DNA from: Sphagnum compactum
Lineage: Eukaryota
Assembly (NCBI GenBank): GCA_965153455.1
Contig: OZ234493.1
Coordinates: 186,001 to 250,000 of the forward strand
Reading direction: 5' to 3'
Length of the DNA stretch: 64,000 bases
Positions within the stretch are counted from its first letter, which is position 1. Each line of letters opens with the position of its first letter. The notes beneath the pieces were generated by a model. It was not told the DNA's origin. It saw nothing but the letters and a program-made list of their open reading frames with translations, and did no database searches. Positions 1-12,919 of the stretch are shown here, in pieces. The translations under genes were made by a program, and so were the position numbers.

Positions 1-2010
1 TTTGAAAATGTAAAATGAATGGTGCATGCATGCAAGTGCCCTGATGCAGTTGGGTGTGCCTCTACTGAGTTTGCAGGGATATGTGGACAAATACGTGAAG
101 ATTTGAAGGTTCTGAGGATACACTTGTCCCCACCCCCTGCAGTTTCCTGTTATATTTTAGAGCTGAAGGTTAGCGACAGACTTCACAAGACTTTACACTA
201 TTTCCCTTGAGGTCAGATGCAGCTTATTCTATTACCAGATGCTGTGTACTGCTTGGTTTTTTGCAGAGCAGGATTGTACAACTCTCTCTTGTGGATTAGG
301 TGAGGCTTTTGGGTAGTAGTAGAGGATATGGTGTGTCTCCTTTACTGTCTTCTGTCCTCTCAGAGGGAAAAAAAAGACACATTTGTGCATCATTTGTGTG
401 TTTATGCCTCTGCCTCTCTCCATCAACTAAATCTTATACATCTATGGACAAGATTTAAAATCACAATTTGAGAGAACAGAAGAAAAGTTTTATTGGGTTT
501 TCTGTGTTGTGGAAATTACATGATGTTCTTCTCCACCCCTCATTCTTCTCCACCCCGCAACAATAATATCAGACAAACAACAAAATCCTTGGGACTTTCG
601 TGTTGGATGTTACCCAAGCCACCAGCTGTGTGCTTTGTGTTGGAATTTGCTACTTGCACAACCAGAGATTGAGCTTCTTCTTCATCTTCATCTTCAAATT
701 GAGTACTTGTTTGTTAAATTTGTAGCTTCAATGTTTCTGTTGAAGTGTGTTCTAATTTTTACACCCAGATTTGAGCTTCTTGTCTGGACTTGATGCAAAG
801 CAACAGGTAAGGCTTTTGAAGGACGTCAACATTTTGATTGGTTCCTTTTTCTGCAGAAACACTGCTGATTGAGCAGCTTATTTGTCTTCAAATCTTCAAA
901 TTGTACATTTTCTTTCTTAGAATTAGGCAATGCAATGTTTCTGTTGAATTGTGTTCTAATTTTTGCATCCAGATCAAGCTTCTTCTCAGTAAGAACATGT
1001 CAGATTTTTTTAAGGACTTCCAATACTGCAATTCCTCCTCGGCAGAAAAACCTCTTTTGGGAATGAAGAAGATTGTCATACAGAAATTGTCCCATATGAT
1101 TTGTGTGGAATATTATCATCTAGTACATATTGCAAAATCTGACAACTTTATCTACTTTTGTAGAATGTGAACCCAAAGAATTTGGGATTTGAACTTTGAA
1201 AGAAAAGCAAAAGCAAAATTTGCAGTTGAGGAAGCAAAATAATTTTCAGTACTTTGTGATTTGCTTAAAATCCACAGAATTACCAATTTTGAATTTATTG
1301 AATTTATGAACCCTGAAAAAATGAAACAAATGGGGGAAAAAGTCCTTTTTTTTGTTTATTCATTTATTTATTTATTTATTTTATTTACTTATCTCAAAAT
1401 TATTAGTGTTGGGCAGATACCACATTTTTTATATATTTGTTGATTTTGGTTTCAAAATAGGTTTTAAGAACTGGGTTGGATCTTCTTCTTTTTTTTTTTT
1501 TTGCAAAATACAAAAGAAGAACACATTGTGTGCATTGTTTATTAGTTCATGCTAAACAAAAATTTAAGATTCCTAACAAAATGAGAGTACTAAGTAAATG
1601 TGTTTCAAAAATATAACACACAAATGTTGTGCAAGTGTAAATGTCAAAATATGTTCTACAAAAAAATGTAAACATAATAACTCAGCATGAAAATGCAAAG
1701 CATTATTTTGGTTATTTATTTACATACTATTTATTGCTTTGTTTATTTGCTCATTTGTTTAGTTATTTACTTATGTGGCATTTATTACTTTATTTATTTG
1801 TTCATTCATTTAGTTTATTTAGTTATGTGCAAATTTTGAAAGTAGAGAAATGTCATGAGTGGTGTTATTTTTAATATTACGTATTTGTCCAAAATTTTTT
1901 GAAAAAATTGGCCAAATTTTCAATATATCCACACACACACATACACAAATAAATTTAAATAAATAAATTACTTAAAATATCATTAATAATAATAATAATA
2001 ATAATAACCG

Positions 2011-2217
2011 GTCATGAGTCAGCTCCGCGCTGGGCTGGAACCCTGGCCATGACTCAGCTCCGCGCCGGGCCGGGTCGGGTTACCCACCCGGCTGACAAAC
2101 GTCGGGTAATAAGAGGGGGGTTTTGCGAATACAGAGCGATTGGGTAAGGAAGACCCGCGATCGAAATGAGACACTGTGATTGGTCGATTCTCAAATTCGA
2201 GCTCTGTGATTGGTCGA
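2011..2217 (+). promoter_or_regulatory. Putative CAO proximal promoter with duplicated motifs
   Basis: Two near-identical blocks catgaStcagctccgcgc (~2013, ~2048) carrying TGAGTCA/TGACTCA; three ATTGG (reverse CCAAT), two within the repeat ctgtgattggtcga (~2175, ~2204); GA-repeat just before the ATG. Confidence 0.45.
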
Positions 2218-2314
2218 CATTCTACCTCTTGTTTCTTCGTTTTACGCTCGCGATCTTAGTTTGTCGCGCGCCCGCGCGCGCGCGAGAGAGAGAGAGAGTG
2301 AGCGAGCGAGCGAG

Positions 2315-5300
2315 ATGGCGTCGCCTCTTCCTCTCTGCCTCTCTGCTCGAGCTTCTTGCTCCAGTTCTCCCTCTTCTTCTTCTTCTTCTTTTTCTTCTTC
2401 TTCTTCCTCCTGCCTCTCTTCAGTTGCGCCAGCTTTTGCCAGGTCTAGTGGAGAACCGTTTGCGCAATCCAACCGAATTGGGACTTGTGTTTCGAACTGT
2501 GTGCTCAATTCGACGCTAGCTTGTAGAAGATCCGCGGCGCACATAGTGGGAGGCAAGGAAGCGGCGACTTTGGCGGCGGCAGCGGGAGTGTCGAGTAGTA
2601 AGCATTATTATTGTGGAGAAAGTCGTGTTATTGGCAGAGCATTTGGTGGCAATTGTAGCGGGAGTAGAGGAGTTTGTAGTTGCGGAAGTTTGGTGGTACA
2701 GTGTATAGGACATTCGGGAACAACAAACACGGGTGGACGTAAATGGAAGGATGTTTTGAGGGAATCTGGTCATTTGGAGGATCCGTGTGTGTATTTAGCT
2801 GCCAGGAAGGGAGGAGGAGGAGGTGCTTACGATTTGAATTTGGCGTGGGAGCTTTTCCGTCAGGATGTTTTGTACTTGGATTGGAAGGCACGCCACGATG
2901 TCTCCGCCATTTTGGCCGCACATGATAAGGTTCAAGATAGGCATTGTGTGTGGTTTTTTTGGTCTGAAATTCCAGCATTTGCATGCAGTAATGGCATGAC
3001 TTTCAATGGAATGTCCTGCCATTTCGTCTCTTGTTACCGCGTCAGGCATTAGGGCTTCGACACAACACACGTGAGTAATATATTTGTTGTGCTTTCTACA
3101 GTCTCTCTTTTCTCATTGAAGATAGCTTGGTGTTGGTTATTATTTCCTAGTAATACCATCCGAGCTGGTGTGATGATGGTGTAGGTAGTGGAGGTTTTGA
3201 ATCCTCTTGCACGGGACCAGAAAGCTGTGGACACTATGCGGGCTGATCTGAGCAGCTTGCAGGAGAAGCTATCCAAAGCTCATACTCAGGTACTTTTCTG
3301 TATTTCAAGGAGTTGGAAGTAGCGTACTTTCTTCTTTATGCCTCCATTAGGTTTTCTTCATTGCACAAGATGCTCTATTGAGTGGACTGTTCGATTCCAA
3401 GAAATAAGAGCATCTTCTGCAAAAATCCAAGACTTCTCTAATGCAGAAGATGCTCTATTTCTTGGATTTGTTCTAAGAGTAGTCTCCTATCCACCATTAG
3501 GTTTTTTGTTTTACATTGTGAGACTATGTCCGTCTGTCAAATGGAATGATCTTGGGAGGTTCTGTCACCATACCGTGAATTGTGACAAATGGATTTGTGT
3601 GTCATAATGATGCTGTGAAGGGGATACATAGTAAGTGTGGACCTCACATGGTGCGTGGCAGGTCCATCTGTCAGAGGCAAGAGTGGTCCATACATTGCAG
3701 AAGTTGGCAGAAATGGAAATGGTAGTGAATGACAAGTTACTAGAGCAGAAGAAGACACATTGGCCAATTTCAGCTGCAAACATTGTCACACCAGATCAGG
3801 GAGTCAGCACTAGATCTGATGAGGATTCCCAACTTTCTGGATCAACAGCAGGCTTTTCAAGGCGAAAGTTACTTGATGTCTCTGGACCTGTGGGACCCTA
3901 CCCTGCAAAGTTCAAAGACTTTTGGTACCCTGTTGCTTTTTCAGATGACATTGATTCCAGCACAATGGTGAGTCATTGCTTTTAGGTAGCTGCAATGATC
4001 TTCCTTCATACTGGATGTAGCAGTGTGCTCTGTTGCAGAGCTTGCTTATGCACTTGGCACATGAATACATTGGTGCAAGATTCAATAAAGTCTAAAAAGT
4101 CTAAAAGCATGTTGCAATTCCATGCTCCTTAGAAGTGAAGTTGCTGATTTTGTGTTGTGAGAACAGGTTCCCTTTGAGAGCTTTGAAGAGTCATGGGTGA
4201 TTTTCCGGGGTAAAGATGGTCACCCAGGCTGTGTACGAGATGCATGTGCGCACAGGTCTTGTCCTTTGTCTCTTGGCAAAGTAGAAGATGGCCGCATCCA
4301 GTGTCCCTACCATGGTGAGTGAGAACTCCCCTGCAATTTGATATCTCTGCTGCTCAAACTGTAGTTCAAAAGTCTGCATTCTTCTGTAAGTTTTGTGTCA
4401 GGGTGTAGATGTTGACAATCTGCAGTTTTGACCAAGGTAGAAAATGGTCTCTGTAAGATGTAGCAATGTTGCATTGGAAGAAGAACCTTTTTCCTGATCA
4501 ATGATATGTGAAAAATGTGTGGGTGATAGGTTGGGAGTATGGGAACACTGGAAAATGTGAGAAGATGCCATCAACAAGGCAAGTGAATGCAACGCTACAG
4601 ACACTGCCTTGCATAGAGCAGGATGGCATGGTGTGGATATGGCCTGGAAGTTCAATACCTGCAACTACACTACCTGCTTTATTGCCCCCTGCCAACTACA
4701 CAATTCATGCTCAGGTTTGTTCCAAAATATTTGATCATATGCTCCCCACCAGAAAAAAAACATCTTTCCCTTTTGGTTTGTGAAAAGGAATGATAGCAAA
4801 CATTCCTCTGTCTAGATATGATGCAAAGAGAAGAGGAGTAGACAACCAGTTTGATGTATTACAGAGTCCAAATTAACACTAGCTACCAACAGCAGTCCTG
4901 GAAAATAGTAGACAATGCAATGTCATGATGCCTTAGCTCTCTTGGTGTGTGCCAAATGTAGATTGTGTTGGAGCTGCCTGTTGAGCATGGCTTGTTGGTT
5001 GAGAATCTGCTGGATTTGGCGCATGCACCCTTCACACACACTACCACATTTGCGAGGGGCTGGACGGTTCCTAGGTGTGTATCTCACGATCATGATTGTA
5101 TCAAAGTTGCCTGCAAGACACATTCTCCGTACCCCCAGTAGCTGTGAGCAAAATTTCCATTTCCATATCTTTACTGTACAACAGTGGGAGTACTACTTTT
5201 TCAGCAGGACATGTACTGCACTTGAAATGGTAAATGTGGTACTATGCCTATTGAAAAGACTAGGAGAAGTTCTGTCCTTAGTCAAGGAGACTCTGTGCTA

Positions 5301-6071
5301 TGAGTTGCATTATGTCAACAAGAGGTATTGCTCCAGGAATGAAAATGCCTGCCTGTGCAGCTCCTTGTACCTGACTTCCACAGATCATGCTAATTGACTA
5401 ATGTGTAAACTGCAGTTCTTCAGAGCAAAGTTGTGCTCATTGTTTTCTAAATTCTTTTTCTGCAGCTTTGTGAAATTCAGGACACCAATGGCAAAATTGC
5501 GAGGCACTTGGGACCCATATCCTATAGCCATGGAGTTCCAACCTCCATGCATGGTGCTCTCTACCATTGGACTGGAGAAGCCTGGGAAATTGGATGGCTC
5601 AGATGTGGAGTTATGCCCAAAACACCTTCATCAGCTGCATGTGTGCATACCATCATCTCCAGGAAAGACAAGGCTATTATATCGGATGGCCCTGGACTTT
5701 GCCCCATTTCTCAAGCATGTTCCTTTTATCCAATATTTGTGGCAACATCTTGCTAACCAGGTAAAGCAGGGGGTCATAACAGCATTGTCCACCTGATTGA
5801 ATATGAATGGTACATGTCCAATTTCTGTTGCAGCAGTACCTTAACATCAGTCGGTGGCATTCAAGGAGAATGAGCTCTTGAACATTCAATTGTGGGGGGA
5901 TGTACATGCTCACAGGTGTTAGGTGAAGATCTGAGGCTTGTAGAGGGGCAGCAGGATCGTATGCGAAGGGGTGCCAATGTTTGGAACCTTCCTGTTGCAT
6001 ATGATAAGCTTGGAGTCCGATACCGACAGTGGAGAAAGGGGATTGAAGCTGCTGATGAGCAGATCCCATAA
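2315..6071 (+). CDS. CAO: Chlorophyllide a oxygenase (chlorophyll b synthase), Rieske non-heme oxygenase, ~640 aa
   Basis: Exons 2315-2929, 3185-3289, 3662-3967, 4167-4314, 4530-4714, 4962-5074, 5466-5760, 5916-6071; all GT-AG, 1923 nt in frame. Rieske ligands CAHRSCPL...CPYHGW, mononuclear iron motif [16 protein letters not shown]-typical [19 protein letters not shown] and [15 protein letters not shown]. Ser-rich transit-peptide-like N-terminus. Confidence 0.96.
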
Positions 6072-7084
6072 GACACGTGATTAGGAAGCCCAGTTCAACT
6101 TGCAACATACTCTTTCAGCTCGATATGTGGGGGTTGATTATGGGGTCCAAAATTTGGTGAAGAATTTTGGATCCCCTCTGGCTCCCTAATGTTTTTCATG
6201 TGGCTTTTCATGGCTTTTTAGCATCAATCCCAGCATGAAAGAGCTTCCTTGATGCACTCTGTGAGAGAGAGGGTCTCATCATGGTGTCTTCTTTAGCACT
6301 TCAAGAATCGCACCTGTACAGTTTGTACTATGTGGTGGAATGGGTCTTGCAAACAGCTTCCCAGTTATACTTTCATCATGGTTGAGAGTGGGATGATGAT
6401 GCTGGCATGCAAATTCACCAACTTGTATTTTGTGCATTGTTTGTGATTATGGAATCCAGTCACAGCTGAAGTAAGAAGAGATGCAATTGATGAGGAGTCA
6501 TGGTGGAGAATCATTTCTTGGCAGGGACAATAATCCTGCAGAGCAAGAAGGTATTTACTACACTCCAAAACCAGTGAATACCCAAGGGAGAATGTCATCA
6601 TGGTTTAGGTTGCTGATTACTAAGATCAAGAGGTTTGGATTATGTTTTATTTTGTATGGTTGTTTAAAAATTTCACTTTTCTTTTTGCAACTGTGGATGT
6701 TGCCAATGATCAGAAGCATGTGATTTAGTCTTTCAGTTTTGATTCAATTTGCTGAACACTAGAGAAGCTTCAATACATAGTATCTTTGCACGGTCATCTT
6801 CTTGTTCTTCTTGAATTTGATCTTTGTGGTTTGAATGAAATGACTTTGCACTGATTTGTTGTTTGCAAACATGGATCTTGTCATGCTCTTGCCATGATGT
6901 TTCTTGAAAATCGATTTGGCAATAATTTGTTGTTTTTGCAAACATGATGCATCTCTTGCAATGCTCTTGCAATGTTCTTGTTGACAGTCAGATTTTTGCA
7001 TGAAATTTGGTTGTTGCAAACATAATCTTACTTGTGGCCATTGTTGTGTAAACCAGTAAATGGACACTTTTTTTTTTGCTGCAT

Positions 7085-7530
7085 TTCCACTGGTAGTGGT
7101 TTCCATGGATTCTGCAGCTTTTCTACTGGTATTAGTTCTCAAGGACTGCAGAATTTTCATTGGTAGTAGTTACCATGGATTCTGCAGATTTTGCACTCAT
7201 AGTAGTTTTCATGGATTCTGTAGATTTTGCACTCGCTAGTATTTTTCATGGATTCTCCAAATTTTTTACTGATAGTAGTTTTCACAGGTTCTGCAGATTT
7301 TGCACTGGTAAATTGTTTCCAAGGGTTCTGCAAATTTTGCAGTGAGAGTAGTTTCCATAGATTTTGCACCGTTGTAGGATTCTGCACATTTCTCAGGGTA
7401 GTTCCTATGGGATTCTACAGATTTTGCACTGGTAGTAGTTTCCACGGATTCTGCAGATTTTCCACTGATATAGTACATATTTTGTATTTTCCATTGATTC
7501 TGCAGATTTTTCCCTAGCAGTTTCCAGGGA
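7085..7530. repeat. Degenerate ~36-bp minisatellite, ~12 copies
   Basis: Recurring unit like gtagtagtttccatggattctgcagattttgcactg; explains the repetitive ORFs (VVxMDSADFAL, SAKSAES) in the ORF track. Confidence 0.8.
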
Positions 7531-8458
7531 TTTCCTAAGCACTAAAAATAAAGGTCTATTTCCATTGGGCTGCTGTGATGAGAGAGACAAGAGAAATGCC
7601 AAAGAAGGCATTTGTAAAGAATAGCCTAGCGCCTCTTCACCACAAGGTTACTAAACCTTTGTCAGGGGTGGGTTCTATGTCAACCATTTCAATGTAATGG
7701 GTGGGGCTTTATTCGGCACCTGTAAATGAGAGCCTTTTTCATCATAAGGTTACTGCACTTTTATCTGGGGTGAGCTCTATGTCAATCACTTCAATGTAAA
7801 TCTAGCATAGAGTAGGGCAGTTGAGAGAGAGGTTGAGCATTGGGGGAAGGAGGAGAGGGATTGGTTTTTTGTGGAGGGACAATGACCATGTGAATTGGTG
7901 TTGAAAGAGAGTTCTAGATTTGAGTTTACATTTTGTTGAGGATAATGACAGTGATCACAACTTAATGGAAAATGACGAGAGCCCTGCCAAACCACTGGAA
8001 AACCAACTAAAATGGAACCCTTTTCAAAATTCTTGATGCATTAGCCACTTTCCAGTGGAGAGCTGCAATAAGTAATCAATGTTAAGAATTTTGAGAACAT
8101 TTCATATGTAAGGAAAAAATGCATTTATCAATGTTTGAGAAGTAAAGTTATGAGCTGATTGTGAGCACAGCTAGCTGGAGCAAATGTAATGGAAAGCTCC
8201 TTGGGAGCAAATTTAATGGAAAGCTCCTTAGGAAAGGGATGGGGGGAGAGAGGAGAGGAAAGATGGAATTGATGTCCTAAGTGAAGATGTACAGGGAAAT
8301 TAGAGTGAAAACGAGAAAGTTGGAATTGTCATCTTCTCCAAATCGCTGGTACCATTCCATCCAGAATGAGCTGCTTCTAGAAGTCCGGCAAAACATAAGC
8401 GCGAGCGCGCACACAGTTGTGCACACAAAATAGACCCAAGAGATTTCCTGCGCAAAAC

Positions 8459-11400
8459 ATGGCGAGCTCTGCAGTGTTACAACGATGGAGTCTGGAAGGC
8501 AAGACGGCGCTTGTCACGGGTGGTACTCGAGGCATCGGGTACGCAGCAGTCTGTTCTTCTTGTTCTCTCTTTGTTCTTCACGCTTTGCTACATCTGCCTG
8601 GTTTTGTGATTGATTCCAGTGGAAAACTTTTGTGTTGCACTCCGATTGACAAGTTCCCTTTATGCTTTTTTTTCTTTTGATGTTTTTTGTTCTCGGGTGA
8701 TTGGTTTGTAGAATTTGTTGTCTTGGTTGCTGTTTCTGGCATGAATTTCCTTTGATGATATCATGGTGTAGACTTTGCTGTATCCAGAGTACAGGTTGAA
8801 ATCTGTAAACATTCTTGGCATCTGGAGTTTGTTCCAGATGGAAGTTTGGCCCCATTTTGTCTGTGTGTGGACATGTATTGAAAAATCACATACTTTCTCT
8901 GTTTTATTTCCTCTCTTCTTTTCTCTCTGTGTTTCCCCTTTTGTGTTGTTTTGTTTGTTAGTTACGAGTTTCTGTTGCAAGTCCGGAAGCAACAGGAAGA
9001 CTCAGCCATGATACTGGCTAGTCGTTGTAAGTGGGGAGCTTTGAAGTCCACTTGGTCTTGTTTGTTTTTCCACTGTTTTTTTGTTTTGGTTTCCCCTCTT
9101 CTTTTCTCTCTGTATTTCCCCTTTCTGTGTTGTTTTGTTGTTAGTTGCTAGCCAATATTATGGCTGAGTTTTCCCATTGCTTCTGAACTTGCAACAGAAA
9201 CTCAGTACACAACTCGGTACACAGGTTAGTGGTTACGCTAGCCTATACCCACTGTAGGGAGCTGATGAAGTCAGTGGGAAAGTTGTGATAGATAAGTAGC
9301 CATCATACCTGTTACCGTTGATGGTCCTTGAACGATTTAGAGACTGTCAATTTTGTTCATACTGCGCATGTGTGTATTTTTTGTTTTTCCATTCTAGTGT
9401 TGTCCCTTTTGTGTTGTTCATTCTTCCCAGTTCTGTAAGTACTTATCTGGAATCTTGCTTTTGACTTAAAGGAGAAGTTTTAACCTAGTCTTGGCTTTCT
9501 TAATCATGAGTATGGAGAATTTCTTGATGCCCATGAGAGTTAAATTTAGATTTCTGTAATTGGATCTTTTTGCCCTCTGGTTTGGTGGAGATTGGGGATG
9601 CTTCGGAGAAAAGTGTCTTGCTATTGCTAGCAGTTCTTGTGACTCGCCCCTGACTCTCGTTGTTCGGAGTTGCAAGTGATGGCAATTGATCATTGCCATA
9701 CATGATCAAGTTGAAGGTACTGACACTTTGTGTCAACATTCACAACATTTAGAACACATCAGTGCTGTTGAAGGTACTGACACTTTGTGTCGACTTCTGT
9801 AATGTTCAGACTGCAACTGTGCAGTTGAAGGTACTGACAGTTCGTATCATCATTCACAATGTTCAAACTGGACTCTTTGCAGTCAGTTTTAGGTGCAACC
9901 TTGACAGATGCAGTAAGTCTGTCTTTTGGTTCCCATATGTGTATCAGTGGGTTTTCTCTCTTTGTGCACATTGAGGTCTATGAAGGGTTAGATTTTCTGG
10001 TCACATTGTCTCCTTTGCTTTCGCTTTCTCACAGGATTCTGCATTTTCATAGTGTTGTTTGAAAGTGTTGTGGTTTTGATACTTGTTTTTGGTTTTTCTC
10101 TTCTGTTGGAATTCACCTGAGAATTTAACTTATTCAATTGTGGGAGTGTCTTTCCAGACGGGCAATTGTGGAAGAGCTGGCCGCATTTGGAGTTTCAGTG
10201 TACACATGTGCAAGATCTGCAGATGATCTCCAAAAATCCTTGGAGACTTGGAGGGATGCGGGTTGGAAAGTTGAAGGCTCGGTTTGTGACTTGTCTGTGC
10301 GTGAGGCGCGAGTGGAGCTTTTCAGCAAAGTGCATGCCCATTTTGGAGGAAAGCTTAATATCTTGGTTAGCCAGTTGCACTTTTAACCATCTCACCATGC
10401 CAATGTCAGTATGCAAATGTAGTGGAGGCCTGAAATGGAATATATGGTTATATGTCTTTCCCATTCTATCTTTACATCCATTGTTTACTTTATTGTATTT
10501 TTTCTAGGTCTCTCGAGTCTGGCCGATATCACAACTTTGTCTTCCCATTGCTTCCAGAAATGTGACAGAAATTCAGGACAGAGTTTTCTATAATTGTTTG
10601 CTTGAAAATCTACACCTTCTGTTGGGAGCAGCCAGTGGGCAGTAATCGCAGCTGGTATTCATGATGAAAGGTGATGGTCGCGTACATTGTGAGTGACACT
10701 CACTGGGTTATGATTCTTGTCAGGTTGTTTTGGTTTGGCTGGGACCTACATAATGTTTATCTCCAAACTGATATTTTTGAGGGGGTTTTTAATCTCTTGA
10801 TAATGACCAATGCCTTTGTGTTTCTGTGGATGTTAGAAAGATGCAATCAACGTGTCTTTGTATGTGGCAATATTTCTCTGTGCAGGGGAATGGAAAAGTC
10901 TTGTGGATTGCAGGATAAAGCAGGGTGTAGACAGGGTGAACAGGTTATTGGGTGTTTATTGAATTCTTGTCCATGTGTGGAATTTGGCATAATGCTGGGA
11001 AATTGAGGCAGACAAAGGACAAGATTATCAGTTATGGGTGTAACATGTACTGATGAAATGGAATTCTTTTGATGAATTCATGGATTTTACAACATGAGTC
11101 TAACAATTTTATTGGTTGATATCCCCTGATGGATACTAGAGAGAAATCTGTAATCTCAGAGTCAACACAATTTGAGTATCTACATATAGATTCTGGATTT
11201 TTTTCCCAGGACCCTCTGTTCTGATATTATCAAATGGGAATTGGTGTTCAGGTCAATAATGTGGGTACAAATATCCGGAAGCCCACAGTGGAGTATACAT
11301 CGGAAGAATTTGCCTTTATCATGGCAACCAATTTTGAGTCTGTATATCATACATCTCAGCTTGCTCACCCACTTTTGAAAGCATCTGGCAATGGAAGTAT

Positions 11401-12919
11401 TGTATTCATATCATCAGTAGCAGGAGTTACTGCAATTGGATCTGGCACTTTATATGCTGCAAGTAAAGGTAATTGACCATGCTTCTCTTGTTTTGACATT
11501 TTCTGCTCATAGTATCCTGGAGCCAAGACCACATGATTTTCTATGAAAAAAGTGGTGCAGTCTTGATGAGAAGATCTCAGGATGGTCCCCATGAATGAGG
11601 GCAGAAGGATTTTTCCATGTTTTTGTTCAACACTGCTTTGACTTACAGAGATGACATATATGGTGCTGTCAGTTTGAGAAGTGGTTTTTTGAAGATTTCT
11701 AGCTATGTAGATAGCTCAACTCTGTGTGAAACTATTCATGTGACCAAACTGGATCTTCCTTTTATTTGAACACATAGATGGTCCATTTGTATTCTGTAAC
11801 AACCCAGTAGTGTGACAGGGACCCGGTTTAGGAGTACAGGGAACATTGAATACATTTGAAAATCATGGTTCCTAGTACAATCCCACTTGAGGACTATCTA
11901 TTTTGAGCAAATTTTCTTTGTTATTCCAGAGCCTAAACATTTTGTCTTGGTCCACCTCCATTAGATGTAGGAAACTCTACTGTTGATTTCAGACATGTAG
12001 CACAAGATATCTCAGATGTGCTGCAGTCTTGGATGATTGGTTGTTGCACTGAATGTGTAGATTGAGCCAAAAAATACTGTTGGATGGCTGGGATTGTGAG
12101 GTTGATCTGTCCATGAGTCAAGTATTTTAGAGTGCAATGTTTCCGAAGCATTTTTTGTAGTGTTGTCATGGATGCTTCTTGTCAATTAACAATAGACATT
12201 GTGTGTTCCAAGATGACATTTAAGTCAATTGACATCTTCATGTTACTGCACTGTGATTATGCAGGGGCCATGAACCAGTTAACCAAAAATCTTGCATGTG
12301 AATGGGCAAAAGATGGTATTCGAGTCAACAGTGTTGCTCCTTGGTATTTTAAAACTGATTTGACTGAGAAGGTGCAGCCACTTTTCAACTCTGTTATCTA
12401 TTTTCCCTATTGTTTTCGCCCTAATTTCTTGATCCCTGCTCCGCAGTCCAAATTATAGGTTGCTGTCTACTCACAATGATTCAAGTACCAGTGACAACCA
12501 CACATCATGTTCCAGCACTGAAGGAACATATATATCCCAGATTTCCAGTCATCCTTAAGACCCTTATGTCCTGTATAGTTAGTCATAGGCCCTCCTGTTG
12601 TATTGCACATCACTTGCTTAGTATTGTGGACTTGAACATCAGTCTTCATTCATGTATGTATTGATTCTGATTCCATTCAAGGACCTGGGAACTGACACTT
12701 GGTTTGTTTGGGCAGTTGTTAAGCGATGCAAAGTTTTTGGAGGATGTGGTAAGTCGGACACCACTTGGGCGTGTGGGAGAACCTTCTGAGGTTGCAGGGC
12801 TTGTGGCCTTTCTATGTATGCCCACATCTGCATTTACTACTGGGCAGACCATTTGCGTGGATGGTGGCATGACTGTCTACGGCTTTGGTCCGAGCAACAT
12901 GACGTATAAAAGAAACTGA
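8459..12919 (+). CDS. Tropinone reductase-like short-chain dehydrogenase/reductase, ~271 aa
   Basis: Exons 8459-8538, 10158-10365, 11252-11468, 12265-12371, 12716-12919 (816 nt, GT-AG). [19 protein letters not shown] (TGxxxGIG), VNNVG, catalytic [34 protein letters not shown]. Confidence 0.95.

Noticed and set aside
1..1050. Short ORFs and a ~50-bp duplicated block (731, 934) at the window start
   Set aside because: No recognisable domain or consistent exon structure; context is cut by the window edge.
2166..2556. Leu-rich and Glu-rich ORFs overlapping CAO exon 1
   Set aside because: Alternative readings of the GA and CTT microsatellites.
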